Below, in pieces: positions 30,271-40,686 of a DNA stretch of 64,000 nt. Both the position numbers and the translations under genes were made by a program. Each line of letters starts with the position of its first letter. Position 1 is the stretch's first letter. This stretch comes from Bradymonadia bacterium (lineage in GTDB: Bacteria; Myxococcota_A; Bradymonadia; UBA7976; UBA1532): the NCBI GenBank assembly GCA_046290225.1, contig JBKAGE010000034.1:64001-128000 (forward strand). The letters run 5' to 3'. Below the pieces are notes generated by a model. The model did not search any database and was not told the DNA's origin. It saw nothing but the letters and a program-made list of their open reading frames with translations.

Positions 30271-32517
30271 TCAGGCCCGTGTCTCGGCGACCGACGCCTC
30301 CCCTTGCTGCAGGGTGAGAGCGGACACCGCGCGGTTCCTGCCGCTGTGCTTCGCGTGGTACAGGGCCTCGTCGGCCCTGGCGATGAGATCAGCCTTCTCC
30401 ACCCCGCTGGCGGGATAGGCGGCGACCCCTAGAGACAAGGTGACTTTCACCGGCTTGCCTTCGAAGTCGAAGGTGAGGGACTCCACCTCCTGGCGGATGC
30501 GCTCCGCGAGGAGCATGCCGCCCTCGGCTCCGGTGTCTTCGAGCAGCAGCGCGAACTCCTCACCACCATAGCGGGCGGCGAGATCGACTTTGCGTACCGC
30601 TCTGCCGAGCACCTTGGCCACGCCCTTGAGCACAACGTCTCCAAAGGGGTGGCCATAGGTGTCGTTCACGCTCTTGAAACGATCGATGTCAGTGAGGAGC
30701 ACGCACACGGGGTGCCCCCCACGGACCGATCGCGCGAGCATGTTGTCGAAGGCCTGCTGGAACACCCGGTGGTTGGCGAGCCCCGTGAGACCATCGAGGG
30801 TGGCCATCTCCCGGATCTGCTCGTGGGCCTGGGCGAGATCGAGCTTGATGGCCACCTGATCGGCCACCAGCTCCACCATGTCCCGGCGGCGGCCGTCATA
30901 GGCCCCTTCGTCGGTGGCCCCCACCACGAGGGCGCCGAGGGGCGGCTGCCCGGGGGCGGCCCCCTTCTTGATGAGAGGCACCACCATGAGGGCCTTGAGG
31001 GCAGACAGCTGATCATCGGCGGTGAAGATGGGCTGATGACCTCGCCAGGGGCCCTCAGCAGGCAACACTGCCCGTGTGGAGATCGCCTGGCCCACCAGGC
31101 CCTCGTCGGATGTGAACGCCAGCCCGGTGATGCTGTCGGCGTCGAGGCCCCGCACCATGGCCACCTTGTGCAGCTCTCCGCTGGTGGTGACGATGGCGCC
31201 AAAATCGAAGGGCACCAGGGCAGCTACGGCGTCGAGGGCTGCGCCAGCGACCTCTTCGAGGCCCAGGACCCCGTTGAGCGCTCTGAGACCAGCACAGAAA
31301 CGGTTGATGTCCCGCCGGCCCCGATCGGTATCGGTGAGCGTACGCCCAGTCTCTACGTCGAGGGCGATCTTACGGGCCGTGAGCCGCAGAATCTGCCGCT
31401 CCACCTCGGACCAGGGTCGCGGATCAGCCCGATCGACACACAGCACCCCCAGAGGCATGGCCTCGCTGGGCGAGCCCGGCTCGGGGTTGAGCAGCGCGAT
31501 GGCAAAGAAAGCCCCCACCCCGGCGCCGTCACGATAGTACGGCGGAGCGCCTCGGCCATTGGCAGAAGTCACCGCGAGCTCCGACGTCTCCCGGAACACC
31601 GCAGCGATGGGCCCTCGATCCATGGAGAACGGGCCGTCGAGGAGATCATTGCGGGCCGTGGAGCACCCACGCACCTTGAGCACGTGCCCCTCTGCCCCAC
31701 GCCACAGCACGGTGGCCGTCATCAGCCCCAGAGTCTGCCGCAGCAAATCGAGGTGGATGGCGAAGGAGGTCTCGAGGAAGTCGAGCGTGATCCGCCCCAT
31801 GGTGGGCGTCGCCTCGAGCTTGCTCAAGGCGGGCAGGGTCCGAATCGGAGCAGCCTGGGCCGTAAGCAGACCGAAGTCGCCGGCGGCGGAGTCTACATCT
31901 GAGTCGAAAGGCACTTCAGTGGCCAGCGCCACAGGATCTGGACCGGTGATGACCGGAGAGCCCGCGGTCCCGTGGGGCGACATGGTTCGAACGCCCTGGC
32001 TGCGATTGGGGCGCATGTACTTCCGGGCCCCCCAGGCGAGGGCCGCGGTGATCAGCACGTGAATCCAGAGCACGGCGCCGGGCTGACGGCCAGAGAGCGT
32101 GAGACCCAGCTCGAGGGCCACGGCGTAGAGCACTGGTACGCCCCAGGCACCAGAAGGTCGGGTGGCGATGAGCCAGGCCACCAGAGCCGCCGGGGCCACC
32201 CACAGGTGACCGGCGTAGTCACCGGCGAGACGCGTGACGATGAAGGCTCCGGTGATCCACAACAAGGGGCCCTCAATGGCCCCAAAGGGGTGTCGGGTAA
32301 AGCCCTCGCGACGAACGCTCCAGTCCCTCACGCCGGCGGCGATGAGGCCGATGATGAGCACCGCCGGCCAGAGCCACCCGCTGCCCGAAACGTCGAACAC
32401 GCCGGCCACGAGGGAGGCGCCCGCGAGGGCACACAGCCCGATCATCCACCAGCCTTGAACGATCTCGAAGGCCACCTCGGCCTGCTCACCCCTCCGTGGG
32501 GCGCCTGCAGTCTTCAT
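30271..32517 (-). CDS. dmxA: TM-GAF-GAF-GGDEF diguanylate cyclase, DmxA-like
   Basis: N-terminal TM helices, two GAF-like regions, DGLTGL, DIDRFKSVNDTYGH, RKVD I-site, RYGGEEF; lies directly downstream of ftsB as in Myxococcus. Confidence 0.8.
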   Translation of the reverse strand: MKTAGAPRRGEQAEVAFEIVQGWWMIGLCALAGASLVAGVFDVSGSGWLWPAVLIIGLIAAGVRDWSVRREGFTRHPFGAIEGPLLWITGAFIVTRLAGDYAGHLWVAPAALVAWLIATRPSGAWGVPVLYAVALELGLTLSGRQPGAVLWIHVLITAALAWGARKYMRPNRSQGVRTMSPHGTAGSPVITGPDPVALATEVPFDSDVDSAAGDFGLLTAQAAPIRTLPALSKLEATPTMGRITLDFLETSFAIHLDLLRQTLGLMTATVLWRGAEGHVLKVRGCSTARNDLLDGPFSMDRGPIAAVFRETSELAVTSANGRGAPPYYRDGAGVGAFFAIALLNPEPGSPSEAMPLGVLCVDRADPRPWSEVERQILRLTARKIALDVETGRTLTDTDRGRRDINRFCAGLRALNGVLGLEEVAGAALDAVAALVPFDFGAIVTTSGELHKVAMVRGLDADSITGLAFTSDEGLVGQAISTRAVLPAEGPWRGHQPIFTADDQLSALKALMVVPLIKKGAAPGQPPLGALVVGATDEGAYDGRRRDMVELVADQVAIKLDLAQAHEQIREMATLDGLTGLANHRVFQQAFDNMLARSVRGGHPVCVLLTDIDRFKSVNDTYGHPFGDVVLKGVAKVLGRAVRKVDLAARYGGEEFALLLEDTGAEGGMLLAERIRQEVESLTFDFEGKPVKVTLSLGVAAYPASGVEKADLIARADEALYHAKHSGRNRAVSALTLQQGEASVAETRA

Positions 32518-33005
32518 GGTTGCTCGCGGCCTGTTCTGGCGTGGCCGGACCGCCCCTGACGCTTCGAGCGCACGTGCGTGTCGGACGATTTCCGAGGGCG
32601 TTTTTTGCTCGGCGACCGCTCGACGAACTGATACACCCGCTCACCAGGGCGAATCATACCGAGATTGCCATGGGCGTATCGCTCGATTGAGGGGCCGCCC
32701 TGCTTGAGATCCTTGATCTCCACCTGAAGTCGGTCCACTTCAGCCTGTAGCACCTTGTTGCCGGCCTCCAGCGCCTCGAGGTGGGCAGCGAGACGACGCC
32801 CGCGGCTGGCCTGCTCGGGGTTGGTGGACAACCACACCGTGAGACCGATGAGCGCACTCACCGCCACCACCGCCGCCAGGGAGAGCGCCCTGGACCACAC
32901 GCTGGACTGCGGATAAGTGTCGACAGCCTCTGGGGAAATGCCCACAGCCTCGGCCTCCACAGTGGGGCCGTGATCAGTCAAATTCTGGTTGAGACGGGTA
33001 TTCAT
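32514..33005 (-). CDS. ftsB: FtsB/DivIC septum formation initiator
   Basis: Single TM, coiled coil, IERYAHGNLGMIRPGERVY; start uncertain. Confidence 0.8.
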   Translation of the reverse strand: MNTRLNQNLTDHGPTVEAEAVGISPEAVDTYPQSSVWSRALSLAAVVAVSALIGLTVWLSTNPEQASRGRRLAAHLEALEAGNKVLQAEVDRLQVEIKDLKQGGPSIERYAHGNLGMIRPGERVYQFVERSPSKKRPRKSSDTHVRSKRQGRSGHARTGREQP

Positions 33006-33104
33006 GAGACACAGCGAAGGCGGTGGACATCCGCCGACATACTCGCTGTACCATTCATCGGGCTCGGCGTCCAAAAACCGGCCTGTGGTGGGCGTCAGCG
33101 CAGA

Positions 33105-33524
33105 TCAGCCTCCATTGCGGTACACCACGCTCACTTGAAGGCTCAACGCCTTGGCCATACCCATCACCTGTACCACCTTGCCATATGAGACCTCTTGATC
33201 ACCGCGGATCAGCACCACGGTGTCGGGGCTCTCGTTCGCCGCGCGGGTGAGCATCACCTCAAGCTCGGCGATGCCCACAGGCTGCTCCTCCTCACCGGCG
33301 ACGAGGGTGCCATCGGCCTGGATGGTGATGGTGAAGTTCTTCTGGGGGGCCGAGGGAGCCTCCACAGCGGCGCTGGGCAGATCGACGTCCATGCTCGGCG
33401 CCTGGTTGTTCACATAGCTCGACGTGAGCACGAAGAAGATGAGCAGCTGGAACACCACGTCGACGAGGGCAGTGAGATCCACCACGGTGGAGTTGCGCTT
33501 CTTGAGGCCCTCTTGGAAGTTCAT
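33105..33524 (-). CDS. exbD: ExbD/TolR biopolymer transporter
   Basis: DLTALVDVVFQLLIFF, VDLP, LIRGD..V.YG.VV.VM. Confidence 0.9.
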   Translation of the reverse strand: MNFQEGLKKRNSTVVDLTALVDVVFQLLIFFVLTSSYVNNQAPSMDVDLPSAAVEAPSAPQKNFTITIQADGTLVAGEEEQPVGIAELEVMLTRAANESPDTVVLIRGDQEVSYGKVVQVMGMAKALSLQVSVVYRNGG

Positions 33525-34213
33525 CCCGCAGCCTCCGACGGCTGGGTCTCCGTCGCAGGAGCCTCTGCGACAGGCTCGCCAGCAGGCTCTTCGACGGTCA
33601 TGAGGTTGAGCAGGTCGAGGGTGACCTCTTCCATCTCGAGGGCCAGGCGCTCCACCCTGCTCGAGAGGAACTTGTAGGCCACGAAGGTGGGCACCGCCAC
33701 CACCAGCCCCGCTGCAGTGGTGTAGAGGGCCAGTGAGATGCCGTTGGCCAGGCTGCCCGGATCGACGGCCCCTTCTGTGGCCACCTGACCGGCCACGAGC
33801 GTGTCGAACATCTTGATCATGCCGATCACCGTCCCGAGCAGGCCCAGGAGCGGCGCGATGGCGGCGATGGTGCCCAACACCTCGACAAAGCGGTTGAGGG
33901 CGCTCACCTCGAGCCGCCCCACCTCTTCGAAGGCTTCTTTCACCACGCTGCGACTGCGACCGGAGAGCTTGAGCCCTGCCGCGGCGACGGCGCTCACAGG
34001 TGACGGGTTGCCCTCACACAATGTGAGGGCCTCGTCTGCCCGACCAGCGACGATCTTCTTCCGAAGAAGCTGCACGAAGGGCATCGGGATCACCCGGCCC
34101 CGCTGCAGGGTGTAAAGGCGCTCCAGGAACACCGCCAGCCCGACGACGAGCAGGATGATGATGGGGTACATCAACAACCCGCCCTTCTCGAGGAAGTCTT
34201 GAATCTCGGTCAT
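33521..34213 (-). CDS. exbB: ExbB/TolQ/MotA proton channel
   Basis: GG.LMYPI, APLLGLLGTVIGMI, GIS.ALYTTAAGL.VAVP. Confidence 0.9.
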   Translation of the reverse strand: MTEIQDFLEKGGLLMYPIIILLVVGLAVFLERLYTLQRGRVIPMPFVQLLRKKIVAGRADEALTLCEGNPSPVSAVAAAGLKLSGRSRSVVKEAFEEVGRLEVSALNRFVEVLGTIAAIAPLLGLLGTVIGMIKMFDTLVAGQVATEGAVDPGSLANGISLALYTTAAGLVVAVPTFVAYKFLSSRVERLALEMEEVTLDLLNLMTVEEPAGEPVAEAPATETQPSEAAG

Positions 34214-34767
34214 CTGGCCCTCGCTGGGATCAGCTCCTGTGCTCGCCGGCGAATGTACCCCAGGGGGGTCATGCCGACGAAGGTGTCAACGTGTCGGCCG
34301 TCGGCATCCACCAGGAATGCCGCGGGGATGGTGCGGACCGTGCCGAAGGGGGTGTCCCCTCTGAGCATGCCCTCGTCGGCGAGCAGCACCGGGTATTGAA
34401 TACCCATGAACTCGACGAATTGCTCCACCAGCTGTCTGGGATTCAAATCGAGCGAGATGGCGACAACCTTGAAGCCTTCGATGGCCGTGGGGCCGTCCAC
34501 CATGTCGTTGAGGGCAGGAATTTCGGCGATGCAGGGGTCGCACCACGTGGTGAAGAAGGTCACCAGGACCACCTGCCCCCGAAAATCAGAGAGGGACACC
34601 CGGCCACCTTTGATGTCGTCGAGGCTGAAGTTGACGGTGGTGGCGAGCTTGCCGCCGGGACCCGAGATCGGAGGCTTGACGCCATTGTTTCGGGCTCTGG
34701 GGCCACCGCCACAGCCGACGGAGAGCAGCAGAGCCAGAGCCGCGAGGCATTTGATTGGGCTGATCAT
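34210..34767 (-). CDS. TlpA-family thioredoxin-like lipoprotein
   Basis: Lipobox LSVG|C, SLSDFRGQVVLVTFFTTWCDPC, IP. Real start ATG 34767; the rest of the 443-aa ORF is a shadow of the opposite gene. Confidence 0.88.
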   Translation of the reverse strand: MISPIKCLAALALLLSVGCGGGPRARNNGVKPPISGPGGKLATTVNFSLDDIKGGRVSLSDFRGQVVLVTFFTTWCDPCIAEIPALNDMVDGPTAIEGFKVVAISLDLNPRQLVEQFVEFMGIQYPVLLADEGMLRGDTPFGTVRTIPAAFLVDADGRHVDTFVGMTPLGYIRRRAQELIPARAR

Positions 34768-34812
34768 GGCCGCCGAGTATGCCCAGGGAGGCCGAGGGAG
34801 TAAACTCGGCCC

Positions 34813-35655
34813 ATGCGCACTTTCGAAACGAAGATCTTCATCGGACTCACTTGCCTGCTCACGGGCTGCCTCGACGCCGACGTTCGTCGCGGCGATCACG
34901 CCCTCGGGGCGGGCGAGTATCAAGCCGCCATCGCTTTCTACGAGCTCGCTCGGGAAAGATTGCCCGAGGCCGAGGTGCCTGTGACGCGGCTGGCGTCGGC
35001 ACATCGCGCCCTCGCCACCCACCATCTCGAGAAAGATGCCTGCGCCGAGGGGCGCACACACTTCGCCGAGGCTGAGGCCCTCACTCGACCGCTCCTGCCC
35101 GATCGGGAGGCGATTCATGCGTGCTTGCGACGTACGAACGCCCCGGAGGCCGACCGGGTCGTCGCCCTCAAGGCCATGGTCGAGGCAGGCGATCAACGCA
35201 CCAGCACGCTGCTCTCGCTCCTCCGCGGGCACTTGTCCCTCGGAGAAGACGAGGCGGCAGTGGCGCTGCGGCCCACCTTGATCGAACGTCACGGCATCAC
35301 CCCTGAGGACCAGCGTCAGCTGGCCATGGCTTTCATCAGACTTCAGCGTTTGCAAGATGCTCGAGCAGACCTCGAAGTAGCGGTGACGCACCACCCTGAA
35401 GACGCCTTGCTCAGACTGAAACTCGGCGAACTCTACGAACAATCCCAGGACCTGCCCCGGGCAGAGCAGGTGTATCGCGATCTCACTCGAGATTTTCCCC
35501 GCAACCCCTTGATTCATCAAAGGTTGGGCGCCTGCCTGCACAAGCAGGGGAAACTTCAGGAAGCGGCAGACGCCGAGGCCGCAGTGCGACGCCTGAGAGG
35601 TCAGACGGCCCCGCCCAAGCGCAAATTGAGGCCACTGCGAAAGAGTCGACGCTGA
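34813..35655 (+). CDS. TPR lipoprotein
   Basis: Lipobox LLTG|C; TPR repeats; basic C-terminus RKLRPLRKSRR. Confidence 0.75.
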   Translation: MRTFETKIFIGLTCLLTGCLDADVRRGDHALGAGEYQAAIAFYELARERLPEAEVPVTRLASAHRALATHHLEKDACAEGRTHFAEAEALTRPLLPDREAIHACLRRTNAPEADRVVALKAMVEAGDQRTSTLLSLLRGHLSLGEDEAAVALRPTLIERHGITPEDQRQLAMAFIRLQRLQDARADLEVAVTHHPEDALLRLKLGELYEQSQDLPRAEQVYRDLTRDFPRNPLIHQRLGACLHKQGKLQEAADAEAAVRRLRGQTAPPKRKLRPLRKSRR

Positions 35656-35703
35656 GTGATGATTTAAGAGGTCCGCGCATCATGGCGGACCCTCGAGAGG
35701 ATC

Positions 35704-36600
35704 TCACGGCAGGTTGGCGGAGACCTTTTCTGGTGGAGAAGACCGCACGAGGGTGCCGTTCTTGTCGATGCGGCCGCCCACACGGGCCCGCCAGTCCAGG
35801 GCGTTGGGTGCCAGGTCGAGCGGGCAGTCCCGCTCGTGGCGACCATCCACCTCGGCCCAGGGGCCGTCGAAGGTATTGCAGCCGACGACGAGGGCGCTCC
35901 GGCGGGCTCTGACACCCACCTCCATCCCCACAAAGCGGTTGTCGGCCACCCGGCCCTCGGCGTCCAGCTCCAGCACCGCTACGCGGGTGGAAGGCAGCCG
36001 GCCGAGGTAGGTGATCGTGTTGCCCGTGATCTCTGCTGGCCCTTCTGCGGAGACGAAGACCGCGGAGGTCCCCGATCCCGGCAGCACCCTCAGAGTAGAC
36101 TCGGCGATGTGTACCTTGCCCGGCACATCGCGGATCACCATGGCCAGCTCTCCTGCTTCAACGTGCAGGTCGGCGAGATCCACCGACTCCGCCCCTTGCA
36201 CCCAGATGCCGGTGCCAGGCGCCATGACCGACACCTTGGTGCCTCGGATTGGACCTGCCTGGTGAACGTGCACCCCGTCGATGCCCGCCCTCAGGCGGAG
36301 GGCCTGCAACTCGGCGTGGCCGATCTTCTCGAGGTGTAGTGCTGCCCCGGTAGATCTGACGTCGAGGGTGCTGATCGTCACCGAGGGTGCTCTCTCTACA
36401 GCTAGGTCTCCCTCGATTCGGGTGCCCTCTCCCCCTTCGATCTTCACCCCATGACTTGAGGTGATCTTCACTTGCTCTCGATAGGTGCACTGCGGGGCAA
36501 GGCGGATGTGCACCGGGCTGTCGAACTCACCAGAGATTGTGCCGCCACATGGCACGTCTACCGGCGAAAAGGTCATCAGAATGGTCAACAGTGCATACAC
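35704..36600 (-). CDS. Right-handed parallel beta-helix protein
   Basis: Repeating GI.V / I.GNTI beta-helix rungs; GAGGAGG RBS. Confidence 0.6.
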   Translation of the reverse strand: MYALLTILMTFSPVDVPCGGTISGEFDSPVHIRLAPQCTYREQVKITSSHGVKIEGGEGTRIEGDLAVERAPSVTISTLDVRSTGAALHLEKIGHAELQALRLRAGIDGVHVHQAGPIRGTKVSVMAPGTGIWVQGAESVDLADLHVEAGELAMVIRDVPGKVHIAESTLRVLPGSGTSAVFVSAEGPAEITGNTITYLGRLPSTRVAVLELDAEGRVADNRFVGMEVGVRARRSALVVGCNTFDGPWAEVDGRHERDCPLDLAPNALDWRARVGGRIDKNGTLVRSSPPEKVSANLP

Positions 36601-36683
36601 CGGCGCCTCCTCGGGGTTGGGCCGTCCCCTGGAGTACGGTGTGCAGGTGGGGGCTCTTGAGGAGCGGGTCCGGGCCCTGGGTC

Positions 36684-39602
36684 TCAGGGCTGCTCGATCA
36701 CCTCAGGCTCGGGGCCTGCGTTGAAGGTGAGGCTGTAGACGCTGTAGCTCGTCTGGAAGGTTCCAAAGAGTTCGTTGTAGGTGAAATCTTCGTAATCGAA
36801 GCGCCCCTCAGAGAGGAACGGCACGATGGTCAGGAACAAGGTGCCCTGCTCCGGCAAGCCCACCTCACCGAGGGCTTCGGGGAGCGGTGGCAGCGTGATC
36901 TCGGTCACAGGCCCGGGGGTCACCACCGTCCACAGCGTGCGGCCCCCCTGATTGACGATGCGGACCACGGTGGCGTCGGCGGGCTCGATGGGACCACTCA
37001 CGCCGTCGTGGAACCTCCAGGAGAAGGTGCGGCCGAAGCCCAGGGGATTGTCTTCGCTCGGCGTGAGGGGCACGGGGGTACCCACAAAGGGCCCGATGTC
37101 CACCCCTGCGGCCCAGTCCTCGCTGTCCTCGAAGGCCACCGAATACGGGTAGGGCGAGACAGGCAGCCCTTCTTCGTCACGGGCTGGGGGCCGGGCGTCG
37201 GCGATCCACGTGACCTCGATGTCGGCATCCATCGCCTGAGCATCGGGCATGTAAGGCACCAACATCAGAGGAGATCTACCCTCTGCGCCGGTATCGAGCT
37301 GCCAGAACCCCTCGCTGCCGAGGTTCAGATAGGGTTGCGCGGTGTAGACCTCGGGCGCGCCTGGCTCACCCCCGGGGGGGTTGAGCAAAGTGATGGGCAC
37401 CTCGACGTCACAGGGGATGTTCACGGGGATCTGGATCTCCGCGAGCTCCTCCCCGGGGCTGAGGCTGAGGAACCGCTGGAAACCGAGCGCGATGGGGGTA
37501 AAGCTGCCCCGCATGCCCCAATAGTCGATGAGGCCGTCGGTGTAGGCCCGCAACGCCGAGCGGCTCAAGTAGCCTGCGCTCACCACCACGGCCAGCTCAC
37601 CTGGGCGGGTGAGGATGTCGAACTCACCATCCTCGAACAAGATGCCATTGGGTGAGGGCGCTGCCTGGAAGGCCCGGTTGCCCTGAGCGGTATGGCTCGT
37701 GTCGACGAAGGCGACGAGCAACAGGCTCTCGTCGAGGGGCTTCTCCAAATCGGCCATGCCGGTCACCCGCCCAGTGACCCGACCGGGGAGAATCGGCTCC
37801 TGAGGCCCGCCGCCCCCACCCTCTGGGAGTTGGAACGGCCGCAGGTACATGGTGACGTTCTCAGTGGTGATGCGATCGAAGGTGTTGGCCTCGTAGCCTG
37901 CCGCCACCCCAGTGGCCCGCATGGGCGCCCGCAGACCCCACTGAGAGAGAGTGGCCTGCCCCTGAACGTCGGTGAAGGCGGAAAGTGGCGGGCCCTGAAG
38001 CTCATCGAAGGGCTCACCGATGACCGTGGCCCCCTCGATGGGCTCGCCGGTGTAGAAGTCGAGCAGGGTGAAGTTCACCGAGCCGTTGATGGTGTCCCCC
38101 CAGATGCCCCCGAGGCGGCTGGTGGGGTTGAAGTACTCAAAGGCCTCTTGAAGCAGCGCCGAGCTGGTGCCGTTGTCGGCGATGAGGTCGACGGCCCCGG
38201 GCTGGCCCGGGGGGATCACCGCCCGGAGCGTGCTGTCGTCGATGACCTCGATGACCCGCATGTCCTGCCCGTCGAGGGTGAGGGTGATGCGATCGTCGAA
38301 GCCCGCCCCCACCACCTGTACGACGGCGCCACCAGAGACCGCACCACGGGGCGGATCGACGTTGAAGACCTGGACCTGGGTGTAGAAGGTCAGCGCCCCC
38401 GGCCGATCGACGCGCCGATCGCCGTCGACGATGCTCACCGTGGCGGCCCCCTCGGGGTGAGGGCCCGCTTCACAGGCCAGCACCTGGGGGGCTTCCAGGA
38501 GGCAGGGCGTCTGAGCGCCGTCCACCTCGACCTGGGTGGTCTCGCCAAAGCCGGCGCCGATGACCCAGAAGGGCCCGCCGAAGGTGGGCAGCTGCTCGGG
38601 GATCACCCCCTCGAGGGTGAAGCCTTCAGCGGTGCCGTCCACGTAGAAGAAGGCGTCTTCAGCGGCCCACTCGCCGTTGATGTTGGTCACCGACACCGAG
38701 GTGGGCCCCACCCCAGCCCCAGCGGGGGTCTCAACGATGAGCCGGCTTCGGCCCGGATCGCCCTCAAGCACCACGGCCTGCTGGCCGCCGAAGCGCACCT
38801 CTGACCCCAGGCTCAGGCCAGAGCCCTGCAGGGTCACAGTGTCTCCCCCGGCGAGGAACCCCCACCGCGGGCGAATCTGCTGCACCGAGAGGGCCTCGGT
38901 GTAGGCGAAGGCCTCGGGCATGCGGAGCTGGCCGTTGGCGTTGCTCACCACCACGTCGTACACCCCAGGCTCTGCAGGGGGCGCCTGAGCGATGATGCGG
39001 TTGCTGTCGGTCACCGTGACCGAGAGTGCCGGGGCATCGCCAAAACGGACCTGAGTGGGGTCGAGGAAGCCGCGACCTTCGATGGAAACCTGAATGCCTC
39101 CACTCGCTGGGGCCCGGTCAGGAGAGATCGAGTTCACCTCGAGGGGCTCGAAGTAGGTGAAGGCGTCTTCAGCCCGAGAGGGGGCGCCGCCCACTGGCCA
39201 GCGCACAAAGACGCTCACAGACCCCGCGATCTCTACAGGTGGGGTGGTGCACAGAATGTGGTTCTCGCTCTCCACCACCGGATCGGTGCACGCCTGGCCG
39301 CCGATCTGCACCGAGGTGCCCTCGATGAACTGCTGGCCGACGATCCGCACACGGGTGCCGCCGTCGATGGGCCCTCGAGCGGGGATGATGGAGTTGACGA
39401 TGGGGCCATCCGGATCCTCCATCGATGCATCTGGGATCACCCGGGCGTCTGGCTCGGGCGCCGGTACACCGCGGTCGAACTCATCCACCGAGCGGTTGAG
39501 ATCGCGCTGGCCTCCACCCCCTTCACAGCCGGTCGCCGCCCAGGAGAGGGCCACGATGCCCAGGGCGGTCAGCAGAGAGCGCAGGCGATGCGGTGAGATC
39601 AT
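36684..39602 (-). CDS. IPT/TIG-repeat lipoprotein
   Basis: Lipobox AATG|C; about 5 repeats of the type I.P.RG...GGT.V.I.G..F...AFTY. Confidence 0.85.
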   Translation of the reverse strand: MISPHRLRSLLTALGIVALSWAATGCEGGGGQRDLNRSVDEFDRGVPAPEPDARVIPDASMEDPDGPIVNSIIPARGPIDGGTRVRIVGQQFIEGTSVQIGGQACTDPVVESENHILCTTPPVEIAGSVSVFVRWPVGGAPSRAEDAFTYFEPLEVNSISPDRAPASGGIQVSIEGRGFLDPTQVRFGDAPALSVTVTDSNRIIAQAPPAEPGVYDVVVSNANGQLRMPEAFAYTEALSVQQIRPRWGFLAGGDTVTLQGSGLSLGSEVRFGGQQAVVLEGDPGRSRLIVETPAGAGVGPTSVSVTNINGEWAAEDAFFYVDGTAEGFTLEGVIPEQLPTFGGPFWVIGAGFGETTQVEVDGAQTPCLLEAPQVLACEAGPHPEGAATVSIVDGDRRVDRPGALTFYTQVQVFNVDPPRGAVSGGAVVQVVGAGFDDRITLTLDGQDMRVIEVIDDSTLRAVIPPGQPGAVDLIADNGTSSALLQEAFEYFNPTSRLGGIWGDTINGSVNFTLLDFYTGEPIEGATVIGEPFDELQGPPLSAFTDVQGQATLSQWGLRAPMRATGVAAGYEANTFDRITTENVTMYLRPFQLPEGGGGGPQEPILPGRVTGRVTGMADLEKPLDESLLLVAFVDTSHTAQGNRAFQAAPSPNGILFEDGEFDILTRPGELAVVVSAGYLSRSALRAYTDGLIDYWGMRGSFTPIALGFQRFLSLSPGEELAEIQIPVNIPCDVEVPITLLNPPGGEPGAPEVYTAQPYLNLGSEGFWQLDTGAEGRSPLMLVPYMPDAQAMDADIEVTWIADARPPARDEEGLPVSPYPYSVAFEDSEDWAAGVDIGPFVGTPVPLTPSEDNPLGFGRTFSWRFHDGVSGPIEPADATVVRIVNQGGRTLWTVVTPGPVTEITLPPLPEALGEVGLPEQGTLFLTIVPFLSEGRFDYEDFTYNELFGTFQTSYSVYSLTFNAGPEPEVIEQP

Positions 39603-39652
39603 GTTCGTTCCTTCTCTGACGTCTTCGGCGCGCACTGCACCTCAGAAGCAAG

Positions 39653-40624
39653 TCACAGGCCAGCGCTCGGTGTTCGCTGAATGCACGCCCAGAGGTGAAG
39701 GTGCATCTGAAGATAGCGAATCACCGGCTCCGGCACAGGACGCCCTTCTTCGAGCCACTTGTCGGCGAGCCCTCGAGCCCCCTGCCACACCTCAGGCAAT
39801 TGCGCAGCGCCATCGAGCCATGCCTCCATGACCGGTTCGAGGTCTGCGCCCAGCACCCGGCGACACTGGGACACAGCCCAGTGGTGATCCCGACGCCGAG
39901 GTTGCATCCCCAAGGCCAAATGCATCTGCCGTTTCAGGCTGCTCAGGTGAAGTCGCCCCTTGGGCACGCTCCGCCAGAGAGACCGGGACTGAAGCCCCCA
40001 CGAGAGCGCGTGGGCCCTCAGCAAGTGCACGACCTCATCATCTTCATCGGCGTGTCGGAGCCCTGCACTGAGCACACACCGACCCAGAAAATCTACGCAG
40101 CGGAGAGGGTCCTGCAACATCCGCTCGTCCGTGGCAGGCACTCCAGGCCAATGCTGCAGCGCCCCTTCGGCGAAGAGACCCGGACCCGTGCCCACGACGA
40201 CACGCTCATCGTGGCCGGACCACCTCGGGATCGCCGAGAGCCCGCAACTCGGAGACTTGGACTTCAAGACGAGCCCGTCGATGTGCCCATGGAGTCGATG
40301 TGCTCGGGCGGTGATCAGCGAGGTCGTCCAGTCTCTCCCATGGATGTCGATCATGGCCACACCCGCGGCGTCGACGTGTAGATTCACCGGCGGCCGGGGG
40401 ATCGGCATCCCCGCCTCGACCTCGGGGCAGATCGCCACGACGGTGGCCACAGACTCGAGGGCTGCCTTCAGCCCTGGCTGTTGCTTGTGATCGCCGTCGT
40501 AACGCACGGGATCACCCAGTAGACAGCGGCTCACCATCACCCGTGGTCGCGGCAGCCCAGCGATCTCCCCAGCGATCTCTCCTGGCGACCGCCCGTCGGG
40601 TCGCTGTGTCGCCTCCATCTCCAC
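39653..40624 (-). CDS. DUF523 (2-thiouracil desulfurase-like Fe-S) protein with degenerate C-terminal domain
   Basis: SRCLLGDPVRYDG, CPEVEAGM..PR, LKSKSPSCG, G.GLFA. Confidence 0.85.
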   Translation of the reverse strand: MEMEATQRPDGRSPGEIAGEIAGLPRPRVMVSRCLLGDPVRYDGDHKQQPGLKAALESVATVVAICPEVEAGMPIPRPPVNLHVDAAGVAMIDIHGRDWTTSLITARAHRLHGHIDGLVLKSKSPSCGLSAIPRWSGHDERVVVGTGPGLFAEGALQHWPGVPATDERMLQDPLRCVDFLGRCVLSAGLRHADEDDEVVHLLRAHALSWGLQSRSLWRSVPKGRLHLSSLKRQMHLALGMQPRRRDHHWAVSQCRRVLGADLEPVMEAWLDGAAQLPEVWQGARGLADKWLEEGRPVPEPVIRYLQMHLHLWACIQRTPSAGL

Positions 40625-40686
40625 CTCGCGCCTGCCCTCTCTTCGCCTTGCACCAGAGTCTGACGGCGGTCATCATGCGCCCCGTG

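Noticed and set aside
34768..35541. Apparent N-terminal extension making TlpA a 443-aa fusion
   Set aside because: Overlaps the plus-strand TPR lipoprotein; the lipoprotein signal begins at 34767
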